A DNA stretch of 64,000 nt from Candidatus Limnocylindrales bacterium (GTDB lineage: Bacteria; Chloroflexota; Limnocylindria; Limnocylindrales; CSP1-4). A program made the translations under genes and the position numbers. The stretch covers positions 65,339 through 129,338 of the forward strand of contig DATBLH010000069.1 of assembly GCA_036555445.1 (NCBI GenBank), in the 5' to 3' direction. Under the pieces are notes generated by a model, which saw only the letters and a list, made by a program, of their open reading frames with translations, was not told the DNA's origin and did not search any database. This document shows positions 18,490-28,138 of the stretch, one piece after another. Positions within the stretch are counted from its first letter, which is position 1. The number at the start of each line of letters is the position of its first letter.

Positions 18490-19085
18490 CCGCTGCCGTC
18501 CTCCTGGCGTCGGTAGAACGTGAGCGCGGTCTCGCCAAACCGTCGCTCGCGTTCGGATGCTAGCAGTCCAATCGTGGCCGGCGGACCGTCGCGCCAGAAA
18601 TGCTTGGCCACGACGCGGGCGCCGGGTGCGAGCGGCCCGGACGTGGTGGCGAGGATCTCGAGTGCGCGGCCCAGCAGGTCGCGATCGATATACGGCGGGT
18701 CGAGGATCGCGATGTCGAACGCTGCCCCCGAACCGGCCGTCGTCGTCAGCCACCGGATCCCATCGGCTCGGTGGACCGCGGCCGCCGCCGCGAGCCCGGT
18801 GCGCTCGAGATTGCCGCGGATGACGCGGACGGCGGCCGCGTCGCGATCGACGAAGACGGCCTCCCGGGCACCGCGCGACAGCGCCTCGATCCCGGCCGCG
18901 CCGCTGCCGGCAAACAGGTCGAGGACGCGGGAGCCTGGAAGGTCCGGATCGAGGATCGCGAACAGGGCCTCCTTGACGCGGTCGCCGAGCGGCCTGGTCC
19001 CCTGGCCGGGTGCCTCGAGACGGATCCCGCGCGCGGTACCGGCGATGACGCGACCGGCATCGCCACCGGCCCGGCTCACGCCCAT
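18486..19085 (-). CDS. rsmD: 16S rRNA (guanine966-N2)-methyltransferase RsmD
   Basis: RVLDLFAGSGAAGIEALSRGA...FDIAILDPPY. Confidence 0.9.
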   Translation of the reverse strand: MGVSRAGGDAGRVIAGTARGIRLEAPGQGTRPLGDRVKEALFAILDPDLPGSRVLDLFAGSGAAGIEALSRGAREAVFVDRDAAAVRVIRGNLERTGLAAAAAVHRADGIRWLTTTAGSGAAFDIAILDPPYIDRDLLGRALEILATTSGPLAPGARVVAKHFWRDGPPATIGLLASERERRFGETALTFYRRQEDGSG

Positions 19086-21292
19086 CCGCCGGGCTCCGCG
19101 GCCGCGACGCGCGCGAGCCAGCCACCCTGGATTTCGGCTCCGAGCGACTCGTTGCCCGGGCGCAACGTCCCGTCAGCGTCGAGGAGTGCCTCCGCGTGGC
19201 CACGGGCGGCCGCCGCCAGCTCCCGGTGACCCGGTTGCTGGAGAGATGCCACGCGCAGGCTCGGCAGGCCGCTCTGGACGAGTCCGAGCACGTTGCCCTC
19301 TCGGCGAAGCTCGAAGTCCTTCTCGGCGAGCGCGAACCCGTCGAGGGTCGAAGCGACAGCCTTGAGCCGCTCGTACTCGGTCGTCCCCTCGCCCGCGTCC
19401 GAGACCAGGACGCAGAAGGACTCGGCGCGCCCCCGGCCGACGCGACCCCGGAGCTGGTGCAGCTGGGCGAGCCCGAAGCGGTCGGCCCCCTCCACGATCA
19501 TCATCGTGGCAGCGGGGACGTCCACCCCGACCTCCACCACGGTCGTCCCCACCAGGACGTCCAGGTCCCCGTCCCGGAAACGACCCATCTCGGCATCGCG
19601 TTCGGCGGCCTTCATCCGGCCGTGGACGATCCCTACTCGAAGCGGCGCGAGTCGATCGGACAGACGCCGCGCCTCCGTCTCGGCTGCGAGCGCCCCGTCG
19701 GACTCGTCCTCCGACTCTTCGATCAGGGGAACGACCACGAACGTCCGGTGTCCGTCGTTTGCCTCCTTCCGCACCCACTCCCAGGTCCCGTCGAGATCGT
19801 GGGCACGCTTGATCCCGGTGCGGATCGGGACCCGCCCCGCCGGCTGCTCGTGGAGGCTCGACACGTCGAGATCGGCGTAGAGCACCTGGCCCAGCGTCCG
19901 CGGGATCGGCGTCGCCGTCATGAGCAGGACGTGCGGCGCGTGGCCATGCGCCTTCCGCTCGAGCTCGCTTCGCTGGTCCACCCCGAACCGGTGCTGCTCG
20001 TCGATCACGACCAGCCCGAGCGACGCGAACGCGACCGACTCCTGGATCAGCGCGTGGGTCCCGACCACCACCGAGGCCTGGCCCGATGCCAGGAGGTCCT
20101 GGACCTGCCGCTTCCGATCGGCCGCCAGGGACCCGGTCAGGAGCACGACGTCGATCCCCAGCCCGGCGAGGAGCTGGCCGACGGTGTCGACGTGCTGCCG
20201 GGCAAGGAGGTCCGTCGGGGCTAGCAGGGCGCCCTGGAATCCAGCGCGGGCGGCAGCCGCGAGCGCATAGGCCGCGACGGCCGTCTTACCGGAACCGACG
20301 TCACCCTGGAGGAGCCGGAGCATCGGGACCTCGCGCGCCAAGTCGGACCGGAGCTCGGTCACCGCCATCGCCTGGTCCCCGGTCAGCTCCACCCGACGCC
20401 CGAGCCGATCCCCGAGGGCCGCGGTCAGGGCATCGCGAATCGCCCGATCGGCATCGTCGGGGACCGGGATCGGTCGGCCCACCGATCGGCCTCGCTCGCG
20501 GCGACGAGCGACCATCCCCACCTGGAGCGCCAGCAGCTCGTCGAACGCGAGTCGATGCAGGGCGCGATCCCGCCCCTCGAAGGTCGACGGGTAGTGAGCC
20601 TCCTCCAGCGCCTCGCCGATGGGCGCCAGCGCCTCCGCGGTTCGGATCGACGAGGGCAGGTACTCGGGGTAATGCGTTCCCGCCCGGTCGAGCGCTTCCC
20701 GGATCGCGCTCCGGAGACGCGCGGCCGTGAGGCCGGCCGTGAGGCGATAGACGGGCACGATGCGGCCGGCGTGCAGGACCTCACCGCCGTCGTCGCGCTG
20801 GAACTCGGGGTTGTCGAAGGTCATGGCCCGTCCGAAGCGCTTGACGCGACCGCTGATGACCACCGTGTCGCCTTCCCGGAGCCGGCGCTCGATGAACCGT
20901 CGACCGAACCAGGTCGCCTGGATCGTGCCGGTGTCATCCTCGAGCGTGGCCACGGTGCGCTGGACGCGGCGGCGGAACGTGGGCTCGACGCGCAGACCGG
21001 CGACCCGTACCCGCGCGCTCGCCACCGTCCCCTCGGGGACCCAGACGAGGTCGCCCAGCTGGCTCATCTCGCGGAGGTCGTCGTATCGCCGCGGAAGATG
21101 GAACAGCAGGTCCCGCACGGAGTAGAACCCCAGCCGCCGACCGGCCCGGCGCAGGACATGGGCGGCCGACAGCCCGGAGGTCCCGAGTGGCGTCTCCAGG
21201 AGGCGAGCCGGGTCGGTCGGCGGGCCGGGCGTCGCCGGTGCCGATGCGCGGGTCGTGCGGCCGGTCCGACGGGGCGTGGACGCTGGGGTCAC
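19076..21292 (-). CDS. recG: ATP-dependent DNA helicase RecG
   Basis: 738 aa. Contains a wedge/OB N-terminus, GDVGSGKT Walker A, the DEQHRFG motif and helicase C motifs. Confidence 0.95.
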   Translation of the reverse strand: MTPASTPRRTGRTTRASAPATPGPPTDPARLLETPLGTSGLSAAHVLRRAGRRLGFYSVRDLLFHLPRRYDDLREMSQLGDLVWVPEGTVASARVRVAGLRVEPTFRRRVQRTVATLEDDTGTIQATWFGRRFIERRLREGDTVVISGRVKRFGRAMTFDNPEFQRDDGGEVLHAGRIVPVYRLTAGLTAARLRSAIREALDRAGTHYPEYLPSSIRTAEALAPIGEALEEAHYPSTFEGRDRALHRLAFDELLALQVGMVARRRERGRSVGRPIPVPDDADRAIRDALTAALGDRLGRRVELTGDQAMAVTELRSDLAREVPMLRLLQGDVGSGKTAVAAYALAAAARAGFQGALLAPTDLLARQHVDTVGQLLAGLGIDVVLLTGSLAADRKRQVQDLLASGQASVVVGTHALIQESVAFASLGLVVIDEQHRFGVDQRSELERKAHGHAPHVLLMTATPIPRTLGQVLYADLDVSSLHEQPAGRVPIRTGIKRAHDLDGTWEWVRKEANDGHRTFVVVPLIEESEDESDGALAAETEARRLSDRLAPLRVGIVHGRMKAAERDAEMGRFRDGDLDVLVGTTVVEVGVDVPAATMMIVEGADRFGLAQLHQLRGRVGRGRAESFCVLVSDAGEGTTEYERLKAVASTLDGFALAEKDFELRREGNVLGLVQSGLPSLRVASLQQPGHRELAAAARGHAEALLDADGTLRPGNESLGAEIQGGWLARVAAAEPGGWA

Positions 21293-21295
21293 CCG

Positions 21296-22993
21296 CTACT
21301 CGGCCGAGATCAGGTAGCGGTAGTAGGGCTGGCCGCCATGGACCACCTCGACCTCGGCACCACTGACCGCCGCACCGATCTGTCGCGCCAAGGCCTCTGC
21401 CTCACCCAGGCTTGCGTCGGTACCGTAGTACAGCGTGATCAGCTCGTATCCCGGCTGGAGACGCCCGATGCCGTCGAGGACGGCACGATCCGGATCCGCG
21501 TCGACCGCGACCAGGCCGTCGTCCGGGTCGAGGACGATCGTCTGGCCCTTCCTCACCTTGCGATCGCCGATCGTCGCGTCGCGCACGGCCTCCGTGACCT
21601 GGATGGTCTGGAGTGCCCTGGCTGCGCTCGTCATCGCATCCAGGTTCCCCGCCGCGTCGCGGTTGGGGTCGAGGGCCAGCATCGCCGCCAGACCTTCGGC
21701 GGCATTCCGCGTGGGTACGACCACGATCCGCTTGTCCTTGCACAGCCGGGCAGCCTGTTCGGCGGCGAGCCGGACGTTCGGGTTGTTCGGCAGCAGGATC
21801 ACCTCGCGCTGTCGCGCCAGCCGGGCGACGCGCAGCAGCTCACCCGTGCTCGGATTCTCCGACTGGCCACCCCGCAGGATCTGGTCCACCCCGAACTCGG
21901 CATAGACCGCGGCCAGACCGTCGCCGGCGACGACAGCGACGATGGCGGGACCGGGCCTTGGCGGCGCGTCAACCCGCGCGCTCTGGCTCGGTGGCATTGG
22001 CACCTTCTCCGCCGGCTGCGCGGCCTCGGGCCCGCCGGTGAACGTGGCCGCGCGATGCTCGCGCACATCCCGCGCCTGACCGTCGAGGTTCTCGACGCTG
22101 ATCCTGCTCAGGGTGCCCATCGACAGACCGAACGCGATCACCTCGTCCGGTCGCTCGTTGTGGACGTGGACCTTGATCGCCCGACCATCGCCGGCAACGA
22201 GGACGGAGTTGCCGATCGCCTCGAGGTGCGACCGGATCGCGTCCACGTCCAGCTGGGCCGCGGTCTCCGGCTGCAGCAGGTACATCGTCTCGTACCCGAA
22301 ACCGTCGTCCGCGTGGGCGATCAGAGCGGACGCGCGCGCTGGCCCGCGCTGCTCCGAGCGGACGGCGACCGGCGCCGCGCCGACGAGGTGGAGGAGCGCA
22401 CCCTGGAACAACCGGTACAGGCCCTGGCCACCGGCATCGACGACGCCGGCTTCTCGGAGGATGGCCAGCAGGCTGGGCGTCCGCGCCACCGACTTCTCGG
22501 CCGCATCCACGGTTGCGGTGAGCACGACTTCGACATCGCTGGAGCGCTCCGCAGCGGCGACGGCCGCTGCCGACGCTTCCCGGATCACGGTCAGGATCGT
22601 GCCCTCGACCGGCTTCGCGACCGCGCCGTAGGCCGTCTTCGTTCCCTCGGCGAGGGCGTTGGCAAGGTCGAGGCCGTTGAACCGCCTCTTGCCGTCGAGG
22701 CCCTCGGCCATTCCCCGGAACACCTGGCTGGTGATCACCCCGGAGTTGCCGCGCGCCCCCATGAGTGCCCCGAAGCTGATCGCCGCCGCGACCCGTCCAA
22801 CGGGCTCTGCGGCGACCCCCTCCGCCTCGTCGAGCGCGGCCCGGACCGTCGCCGCCATGTTCGATCCCGTATCCCCGTCGGGAACCGGATAGACGTTGAG
22901 CCCGTTGATCTCCTCGACGTGCGCCTCGAGGTTCGCGACGGCGGCCCGGAACGCCGCGATCAGCCCCGCTCCGTCGCAGGCGCGGCGTGTCAC
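21296..22993 (-). CDS. DAK2 domain fusion protein (YloV family)
   Basis: NGLNVYPVPDGDTGSNM...GARGNSGVI at the N-terminus. The gene is paired with an upstream Asp23 gene, as in yloU-yloV-recG. Confidence 0.9.
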   Translation of the reverse strand: MTRRACDGAGLIAAFRAAVANLEAHVEEINGLNVYPVPDGDTGSNMAATVRAALDEAEGVAAEPVGRVAAAISFGALMGARGNSGVITSQVFRGMAEGLDGKRRFNGLDLANALAEGTKTAYGAVAKPVEGTILTVIREASAAAVAAAERSSDVEVVLTATVDAAEKSVARTPSLLAILREAGVVDAGGQGLYRLFQGALLHLVGAAPVAVRSEQRGPARASALIAHADDGFGYETMYLLQPETAAQLDVDAIRSHLEAIGNSVLVAGDGRAIKVHVHNERPDEVIAFGLSMGTLSRISVENLDGQARDVREHRAATFTGGPEAAQPAEKVPMPPSQSARVDAPPRPGPAIVAVVAGDGLAAVYAEFGVDQILRGGQSENPSTGELLRVARLARQREVILLPNNPNVRLAAEQAARLCKDKRIVVVPTRNAAEGLAAMLALDPNRDAAGNLDAMTSAARALQTIQVTEAVRDATIGDRKVRKGQTIVLDPDDGLVAVDADPDRAVLDGIGRLQPGYELITLYYGTDASLGEAEALARQIGAAVSGAEVEVVHGGQPYYRYLISAE

Positions 22994-23412
22994 GCCTCGC
23001 GGCTCCCCTTCTCGCTCCGGGACCGGCGGCGCGGCGCCGGGCGGGTGGCAACCGGTTGGGTCGCCGGCGGTGCGGCCATCGGTTGCAGCTGCAGCCCGTC
23101 GACGTGGATCGTCAGCCGTTCGAGGTCCCGGCCCGTTGCCTGCCGCACCCGGTACCGAACCGCGGAGTCGACCTGCCTGGCGACCTCCGCGATCGGGAGC
23201 CCGTGGGCCACCGTGAGGTCCAGCTCCACGGACAGGCCGTCGGCGAGCCCGATCCGCAGGCCGGGCTGGCCGATGCCGATGGCTGCGAGGACACGCTCGG
23301 GCAGGCTGGCGGCGAAGCCGGTCACGCCGTACGACCCCAGGGTCGCCGTTCGAACGAGATCCGCCACCGCGCGCCGCGTGACGAGGGCTCGGCCGACGGT
23401 GGGATCGGGCAC
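22990..23412 (-). CDS. Asp23/Gls24 family protein (YloU-like)
   Basis: 140 aa: TRRAVADLVRTATLGSYGVTG...ELDLTVAHGLPIAEVARQVDSAV. 4-nt overlap with the yloV-like start. Confidence 0.85.
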   Translation of the reverse strand: MPDPTVGRALVTRRAVADLVRTATLGSYGVTGFAASLPERVLAAIGIGQPGLRIGLADGLSVELDLTVAHGLPIAEVARQVDSAVRYRVRQATGRDLERLTIHVDGLQLQPMAAPPATQPVATRPAPRRRSRSEKGSREA

Positions 23413-23478
23413 GCGGACGACTCCTCCTCGCGGTTGCCGGCGTGGGGGGATGGCCCGGGCCGGCGGCCGGAGGCCGTG

Positions 23479-23487
23479 TGCTACGAT
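23479..23487 (+). promoter_or_regulatory. Extended -10 promoter candidate for rpmB (TGcTACGAT)
   Basis: ccgtgTGCTACGATacc. This implies a leader of about 66 nt to ATG 23560. Confidence 0.45.
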
Positions 23488-23559
23488 ACCACCCCGTTTG
23501 AGCGCTCCATCAGCGCGCGCCCGACGTCATTCCAACCGTCTCCGAACCCGAGGAACAGC

Positions 23560-23757
23560 ATGGCCCGCTCCTGCGCGATCTGTGGCAAGACGTCGATGGC
23601 CGGCTTCAATCCGCAATCGTCCGGGATGAACCGGGTGCGAGCGCACCGACGCTATCACCCCAATCTCCAGCCGCTCCTGCTGACCCGCGGCGGCGTGACG
23701 ACCCGGGTCGTCGCCTGCACCCGCTGCCGGCGAACCCTGACCAAGGGCGCCCGCTAG
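23560..23757 (+). CDS. rpmB: 50S ribosomal protein L28
   Basis: MARSCAICGKTSMAGFNPQSSGMNRVRAHRRYHPNLQ. This reading frame lies inside a tracked shadow ORF (22987..23757). Confidence 0.9.
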   Translation: MARSCAICGKTSMAGFNPQSSGMNRVRAHRRYHPNLQPLLLTRGGVTTRVVACTRCRRTLTKGAR

Positions 23758-23778
23758 ACCGGTCTTCCCCCGCGCGCT

Positions 23779-24225
23779 TCAGCGCGCGTCGGTGTCGAGC
23801 CAGATCGTGAACGGCCCGTCGTTCACCAGCTCCACCGCCATCACCGCCCCGAACCTCCCGGTCGCGACACGCACGCCGAGCCCGCGCAGGACCTCCGCGT
23901 ACCGTTCGTAGAGACGCTCAGCCAGGTCCGGTGACGCGGCACCGGTGAAACCGGGTCGCCGACCCCGTGACGTATCCGCGTAGAGCGTGAACTGGCTGAC
24001 GACGAGGGCATCGCCGCCGATGTCGAGGAGCGACAGGTTCGTTCGTCCGGCCTCGTCGTCGAAGATTCGGAGCTCGGCCGTTCGCCGGGCTAGGCCCTCG
24101 GCCACCTCCGCCGTGTCGACGGGACCCACGCCGAGCAGGACGACGAGCCCCCGACCGGCCACGCCGACTGCCTCGTCCCCCACCGTGACCTCGGCGCGGC
24201 TGACCCGCTGGAGCAGCGCGCGCAT
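23779..24225 (-). CDS. dtd: D-aminoacyl-tRNA deacylase
   Basis: MRALLQRVSRAEVTV...LVVSQFTLYADTSRGRRPGF. Confidence 0.95.
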   Translation of the reverse strand: MRALLQRVSRAEVTVGDEAVGVAGRGLVVLLGVGPVDTAEVAEGLARRTAELRIFDDEAGRTNLSLLDIGGDALVVSQFTLYADTSRGRRPGFTGAASPDLAERLYERYAEVLRGLGVRVATGRFGAVMAVELVNDGPFTIWLDTDAR

Positions 24226-24231
24226 GTGCGC

Positions 24232-25317
24232 CTAGGGTCCCGGCGCCCGCTCGCCATGGCGGGCGACGTACTCGTCCCGCCACGCCTCCGCCTCACCGAG
24301 GTATCGATCGCGTTCCTCGGCGAAGCGGTCGACCACGCGTCCTTCGGCCATCGCGGGGACCCGCAGGTCGTACTCCTTGTTTCCGTCGGGCCCGTACCGT
24401 CCGGCGGCACTCCGGAGCATGACGACCGGAACACCCGCCTCCTCGATCCGGTCCGCGAATCGCCGGCCGAGATGCTTCGGCAAGCGAACGAACGTCACCC
24501 AACGGTCGCGGGAGCCGGGTGGGATCCCGTCGTTGAGCTCGAACTGGTAGCCCTCGTCCGCCAACTCGCGGACAAGCCGGATCTCGCGTGCCATGTCGCG
24601 TCCGGGAACCCAGAGCACCGAGCCGACGACGAGCACGTCGGCGCCGAGGGCACCCACGATCTCGGCGCTCTCGCGATTGATCCCTCCGTCGACATGGACC
24701 TCGGCCCCGAACAGCCGGTGATCCAGATAGTCCCGCGCCGCCAGCAGCTTCTCCTGCGCCACGTCGCGCATGAAGACCTGGCCACCGAAACCGGGCTCGA
24801 CGGTCATCACCAGCACGATGTCCAGCAGGTCCTGATAGGGCGCCAGCGTGGACAGCGGCGTCGCCGGCCGCAGGGCAAGGCCGGCTCTTCGGCGGGCGGC
24901 ACCGATCCTTTCGAGGGTCGGCCGGATCGGCTCCTCGATCTCGACGTGGAACGTGATCGAGTCGCAGCCGGCCTCGATGAACGCATCGATCCAGCGGCCG
25001 GGCTCGCTGATCATCAGGTGCGCATCGAATGGGAGCTCCGTGCGCGAGCGCAGCGCGGCAATCGTCTTCCAGCCGAACGTCAGGTTGGGGACGAAATGGC
25101 CGTCCATGACGTCGAGGTGGAGACGATCGGCGCCCATCCGCTCGGCTCGTCGCACCGCGTTGGCGAGGTTGCCGAGGTCGGCATCCAGGATGCTGACGGC
25201 GACGAGGGCGCGGCCCCGGCTCGAGCGATCCGCGGGACGCTCGCGGCCCCGCACGCGCTCGGCCATCGGCGCGCGGGTCCGACGACGCCGCGGGTTCCGG
25301 ATCGTCCCGGGTGGCAT
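24232..25317 (-). CDS. rpe: Ribulose-phosphate 3-epimerase fused to a C-terminal domain of about 105 aa of unknown function
   Basis: The core is VSILDADLGNL...LHLDVMDGHFVPNLTFG...VMTVEPGFGGQ...VHVDGGI. The ORF then continues through YQFELNDGIPPGSRDRWVTFVRLP...EAWRDEYVARHG. Start is ATG 25317 or 25266. Confidence 0.85.
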   Translation of the reverse strand: MPPGTIRNPRRRRTRAPMAERVRGRERPADRSSRGRALVAVSILDADLGNLANAVRRAERMGADRLHLDVMDGHFVPNLTFGWKTIAALRSRTELPFDAHLMISEPGRWIDAFIEAGCDSITFHVEIEEPIRPTLERIGAARRRAGLALRPATPLSTLAPYQDLLDIVLVMTVEPGFGGQVFMRDVAQEKLLAARDYLDHRLFGAEVHVDGGINRESAEIVGALGADVLVVGSVLWVPGRDMAREIRLVRELADEGYQFELNDGIPPGSRDRWVTFVRLPKHLGRRFADRIEEAGVPVVMLRSAAGRYGPDGNKEYDLRVPAMAEGRVVDRFAEERDRYLGEAEAWRDEYVARHGERAPGP

Positions 25318-26576
25318 CAGCGGCCGTCCGCGCCGACCGGGGCCACCTGTCCAGCGCGCCGTTGGCCTCGCAGGGCCTGGGCGCTCTCGAGGACGAGCCT
25401 CGCCCGACGCCTCGCGACGACCGGCGGGGGCGGCTCGCCGGCCTGGAGCGCGGCCAGCTGCCCGCACGCCGCGCCGACCTCCACGCCGCGGTTGCGGCGG
25501 ACCGTGGTCGCAATCCCATCGGCGCGGAGCCGACCGGCGAACCGGGACAGGGTTGCACCCGAGCTCGCCTGCCACGGGGTATGCGCCACCGGATTCATCG
25601 GAATCAGGTTGACGTGGGCGTGATCGCCACGGATGAGCTCCGCGAGGGCGTCAGCATCGGCCTCGGTGTCGTTGATGCCCGCGATCATCGTGTACTCGTA
25701 GCTGATCCGCCGGCCCGTTGCCGCGGCATGGTCGCGGGCGGCGGCCACGACCTCCGCCACCGGCCAGCGCCGGTTGAGCGGGACGAGCACGTCCCGCAGC
25801 GGGTCCCGCGCGGCATGGAGCGAGATCGCGAGCGTGAACTGCGAACCGAGCGCGGTCAGGCGCCGGATCCCGGGCACGACACCCGAGGTGGAGACCGTGA
25901 TGTGCCGCGCCCCAAGGCCGAATCGGCGCGGATCGTTGAGCGCTTCCACCGCCGCAAGCACCCGGTCGAGGTTGAGGAGGGGTTCCCCCATGCCCATGAA
26001 CACGACGTTCGTGAGCCGCCCGCCATCGGTGTCGAGGCGCCGCGCCGCGTGTCGCACCTGATCGAGGATCTCGGCCACCTCGAGGTCGCGGGTGAACCCG
26101 AGCTCCCCGGTTGCGCAGAACGGACAGCCCACCGCACAACCCGCCTGGGACGAGATGCACAGCGTGTTCCGCTCGCGCCTGCCGGGTCCCGCCGGGTAGC
26201 GCATGAGGACCGATTCCACAGTGGCCCCGTCGCCGAGCCGATGGAGGGCCTTCTGGGTGCGACGGCCGTCGGCGGAGGTCAGGTCGGTGGTCGCGATCGT
26301 GTCCCACCGGAACGCCCGGTCGATCGCCTCGCGCAGCCGGACCGGCAGCGCGGGGGCCGCGACCGCCGTCGCCACCCGGGTTCGCCAGACCGCGTCGCCG
26401 ATCTGGCGGGCGCGGTAGCGGGCTTCGCCGGTTGCCGCCAGCCATGCCTCGACCTCGTCGAGCGTGAGACCCGAGAGACCCGGCCGTGCGTCATCCGGCC
26501 GATCGGGCTCGTCGACTCGTGCGGGCGGAACGGTGCTGGTGGTGGTCACGGCTCGATTCTGGCACGGCGGCCACAC
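25317..26576 (-). CDS. rlmN: 23S rRNA/tRNA (adenine-C2)-methyltransferase RlmN (radical SAM)
   Basis: CISSQAGCAVGCPFCATG...GMGEPL...IPMNP. Start is GTG 26576 or 26549. Confidence 0.9.
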   Translation of the reverse strand: MWPPCQNRAVTTTSTVPPARVDEPDRPDDARPGLSGLTLDEVEAWLAATGEARYRARQIGDAVWRTRVATAVAAPALPVRLREAIDRAFRWDTIATTDLTSADGRRTQKALHRLGDGATVESVLMRYPAGPGRRERNTLCISSQAGCAVGCPFCATGELGFTRDLEVAEILDQVRHAARRLDTDGGRLTNVVFMGMGEPLLNLDRVLAAVEALNDPRRFGLGARHITVSTSGVVPGIRRLTALGSQFTLAISLHAARDPLRDVLVPLNRRWPVAEVVAAARDHAAATGRRISYEYTMIAGINDTEADADALAELIRGDHAHVNLIPMNPVAHTPWQASSGATLSRFAGRLRADGIATTVRRNRGVEVGAACGQLAALQAGEPPPPVVARRRARLVLESAQALRGQRRAGQVAPVGADGR

Positions 26577-26611
26577 GGGCCGGGGCGCATGGCTCTCACG
26601 TCGGACGGGGC

Positions 26612-27571
26612 CTAGGAGCCGACCGGCGAGCCAACGATGCTCGCCCGGCCACGGCGGTAGGCACTGCCACGCATGGGTCGCCCGCCGGCCGGCTGGACCT
26701 GTTCGAGGACCAGGCGTCCATCGCGGGTCGCGATCGCGAGTCCGTCATCGTCGGCGACGAAGGTCCCTTCCTTGTCTCCCTGGCGCGATGGTCGGACCAC
26801 CGCCTTGAGGACGGCGAGGCGACCGGTCGGACCGAGGACGAACGTGCCGGGCCACGGACGATAGGCGCGCACGGCCCGCTCGAGCTCGACGGCGGGGCGG
26901 CGAGGATCGAGGCGGCCGTCATCGCGCCGAAGCGGCCGCGTGTTCGTGGCGCCATCGGTCGGTTGGGGCGTGGCCTCGAGACCGCCCGCCAGCCAGCGCG
27001 CGAGCGATCGTTCCAGCACGTCGGGCGCCATCGCCGCGAGTCTCGCCTCGAGCTCCGGCGCCGTGACGCCGGGAGCGAGGGCAACGGCCTCCTGAGCCAC
27101 GATCGGCCCTGTGTCCAGCCCGCGGTCCATCCGGAACAATGTCACCCCGGTCTCGAGATCGCCGGCAAGGATCGCGGCGGGGATGGGCGTCGCGCCCCGG
27201 TGTCGTGGCAGGAGCGACGGATGGAGGTTCAGCGCCCCGTGGCGGAGCGCAAGCAGCTCCTCCGGGACCAGCTGGCCATAGTCGGCGAGAACCGCGAGCG
27301 CGGGATCGAGGGCGAGGATCGAGGCGATCACCTCGGGATCGCGCAGCCGGGCCGGGGTCAGGACCGGTCCCTCCCCGAGCTCGTGGGCGGCGACGGCGAC
27401 CGGTGTCGGTGTCGGGACCTTGCGACGCCCGCTCGGTCTTGCCGGAGCGGTGACGACCCCCACGAGGTCGACATCCGGGTGCTCAGCGACTCTGCGGAGA
27501 CTGCCGATCGCGAACGGCCCGCTGCCGAAGAACACCGCCCGGACCCGACGATCACCGCCGGGTCGGGTCAT
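26612..27571 (-). CDS. fmt: Methionyl-tRNA formyltransferase
   Basis: AVFFGSGPFAI...LNLHPSLLPRHRGATPI. Confidence 0.95.
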   Translation of the reverse strand: MTRPGGDRRVRAVFFGSGPFAIGSLRRVAEHPDVDLVGVVTAPARPSGRRKVPTPTPVAVAAHELGEGPVLTPARLRDPEVIASILALDPALAVLADYGQLVPEELLALRHGALNLHPSLLPRHRGATPIPAAILAGDLETGVTLFRMDRGLDTGPIVAQEAVALAPGVTAPELEARLAAMAPDVLERSLARWLAGGLEATPQPTDGATNTRPLRRDDGRLDPRRPAVELERAVRAYRPWPGTFVLGPTGRLAVLKAVVRPSRQGDKEGTFVADDDGLAIATRDGRLVLEQVQPAGGRPMRGSAYRRGRASIVGSPVGS

Positions 27572-28089
27572 GCGAGCGCCGCGACGGCCTCCTCGGCGCC
27601 CTCGGGCTCGTCCTCGCCATCGCCCTGCCCGACCGGGATCAGCTCATCCATCGAATCCAGGTAATCGATGTACAGCTTTCCGTCGAGGTGGTCGAGCTCG
27701 TGCTGGAGCGCGCGGCCGAGGAGTCCGCTACCGGCGACCTTGATCTTGCGCCCCAGCCGGTTCTGGGCGACGACCCAGACGCGCTCGCGGCGGGTGACGT
27801 AGGCGACGTAGCCGGGGATCGACAGGCAGCCCTCCAGGTCGCGATCGTCTCCGGTCGAGCGGACGATCCGAGGGTTCACGAGCTCGTGGAGCCGGCCCTC
27901 GACCTCGATCACGCAGGCGCTCAGCGGCTCACCGAGCTGGGGAGCCGCGAGACCCACGCCGGGCGCGTCGCGCATCGTGTGCGCGAGGTCGTCGAGCAGC
28001 CCGTGGAGAAGCTTGCCGAAGCTGGTCACCGGCTCGCCACGCAGGCGAAGACGTGGGTCCCCGAGCTGGACGATGGGGCGGACGGACAT
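27568..28089 (-). CDS. def: Peptide deformylase
   Basis: GVGLAAPQ, EGCLSIPG and HELDHL motifs. I place the start at ATG 28089. The tracked 248-aa ORF is over-extended. Confidence 0.95.
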   Translation of the reverse strand: MSVRPIVQLGDPRLRLRGEPVTSFGKLLHGLLDDLAHTMRDAPGVGLAAPQLGEPLSACVIEVEGRLHELVNPRIVRSTGDDRDLEGCLSIPGYVAYVTRRERVWVVAQNRLGRKIKVAGSGLLGRALQHELDHLDGKLYIDYLDSMDELIPVGQGDGEDEPEGAEEAVAALA

Positions 28090-28138
28090 GGGCCGAGTAT
28101 ATCCACGGCCCACGCCGCGACCGGTGGGTGATCTCTCC

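Noticed and set aside
18557-18565. The palindromic TGCTAGCA inside rsmD, which reads as TGcTAGCAT on the minus strand, considered as an internal promoter for coaD.
   Set aside because: It lies within the coding sequence, and coaD is already translationally coupled to rsmD by a GTGA overlap. It is a possible chance match to the promoter motif.
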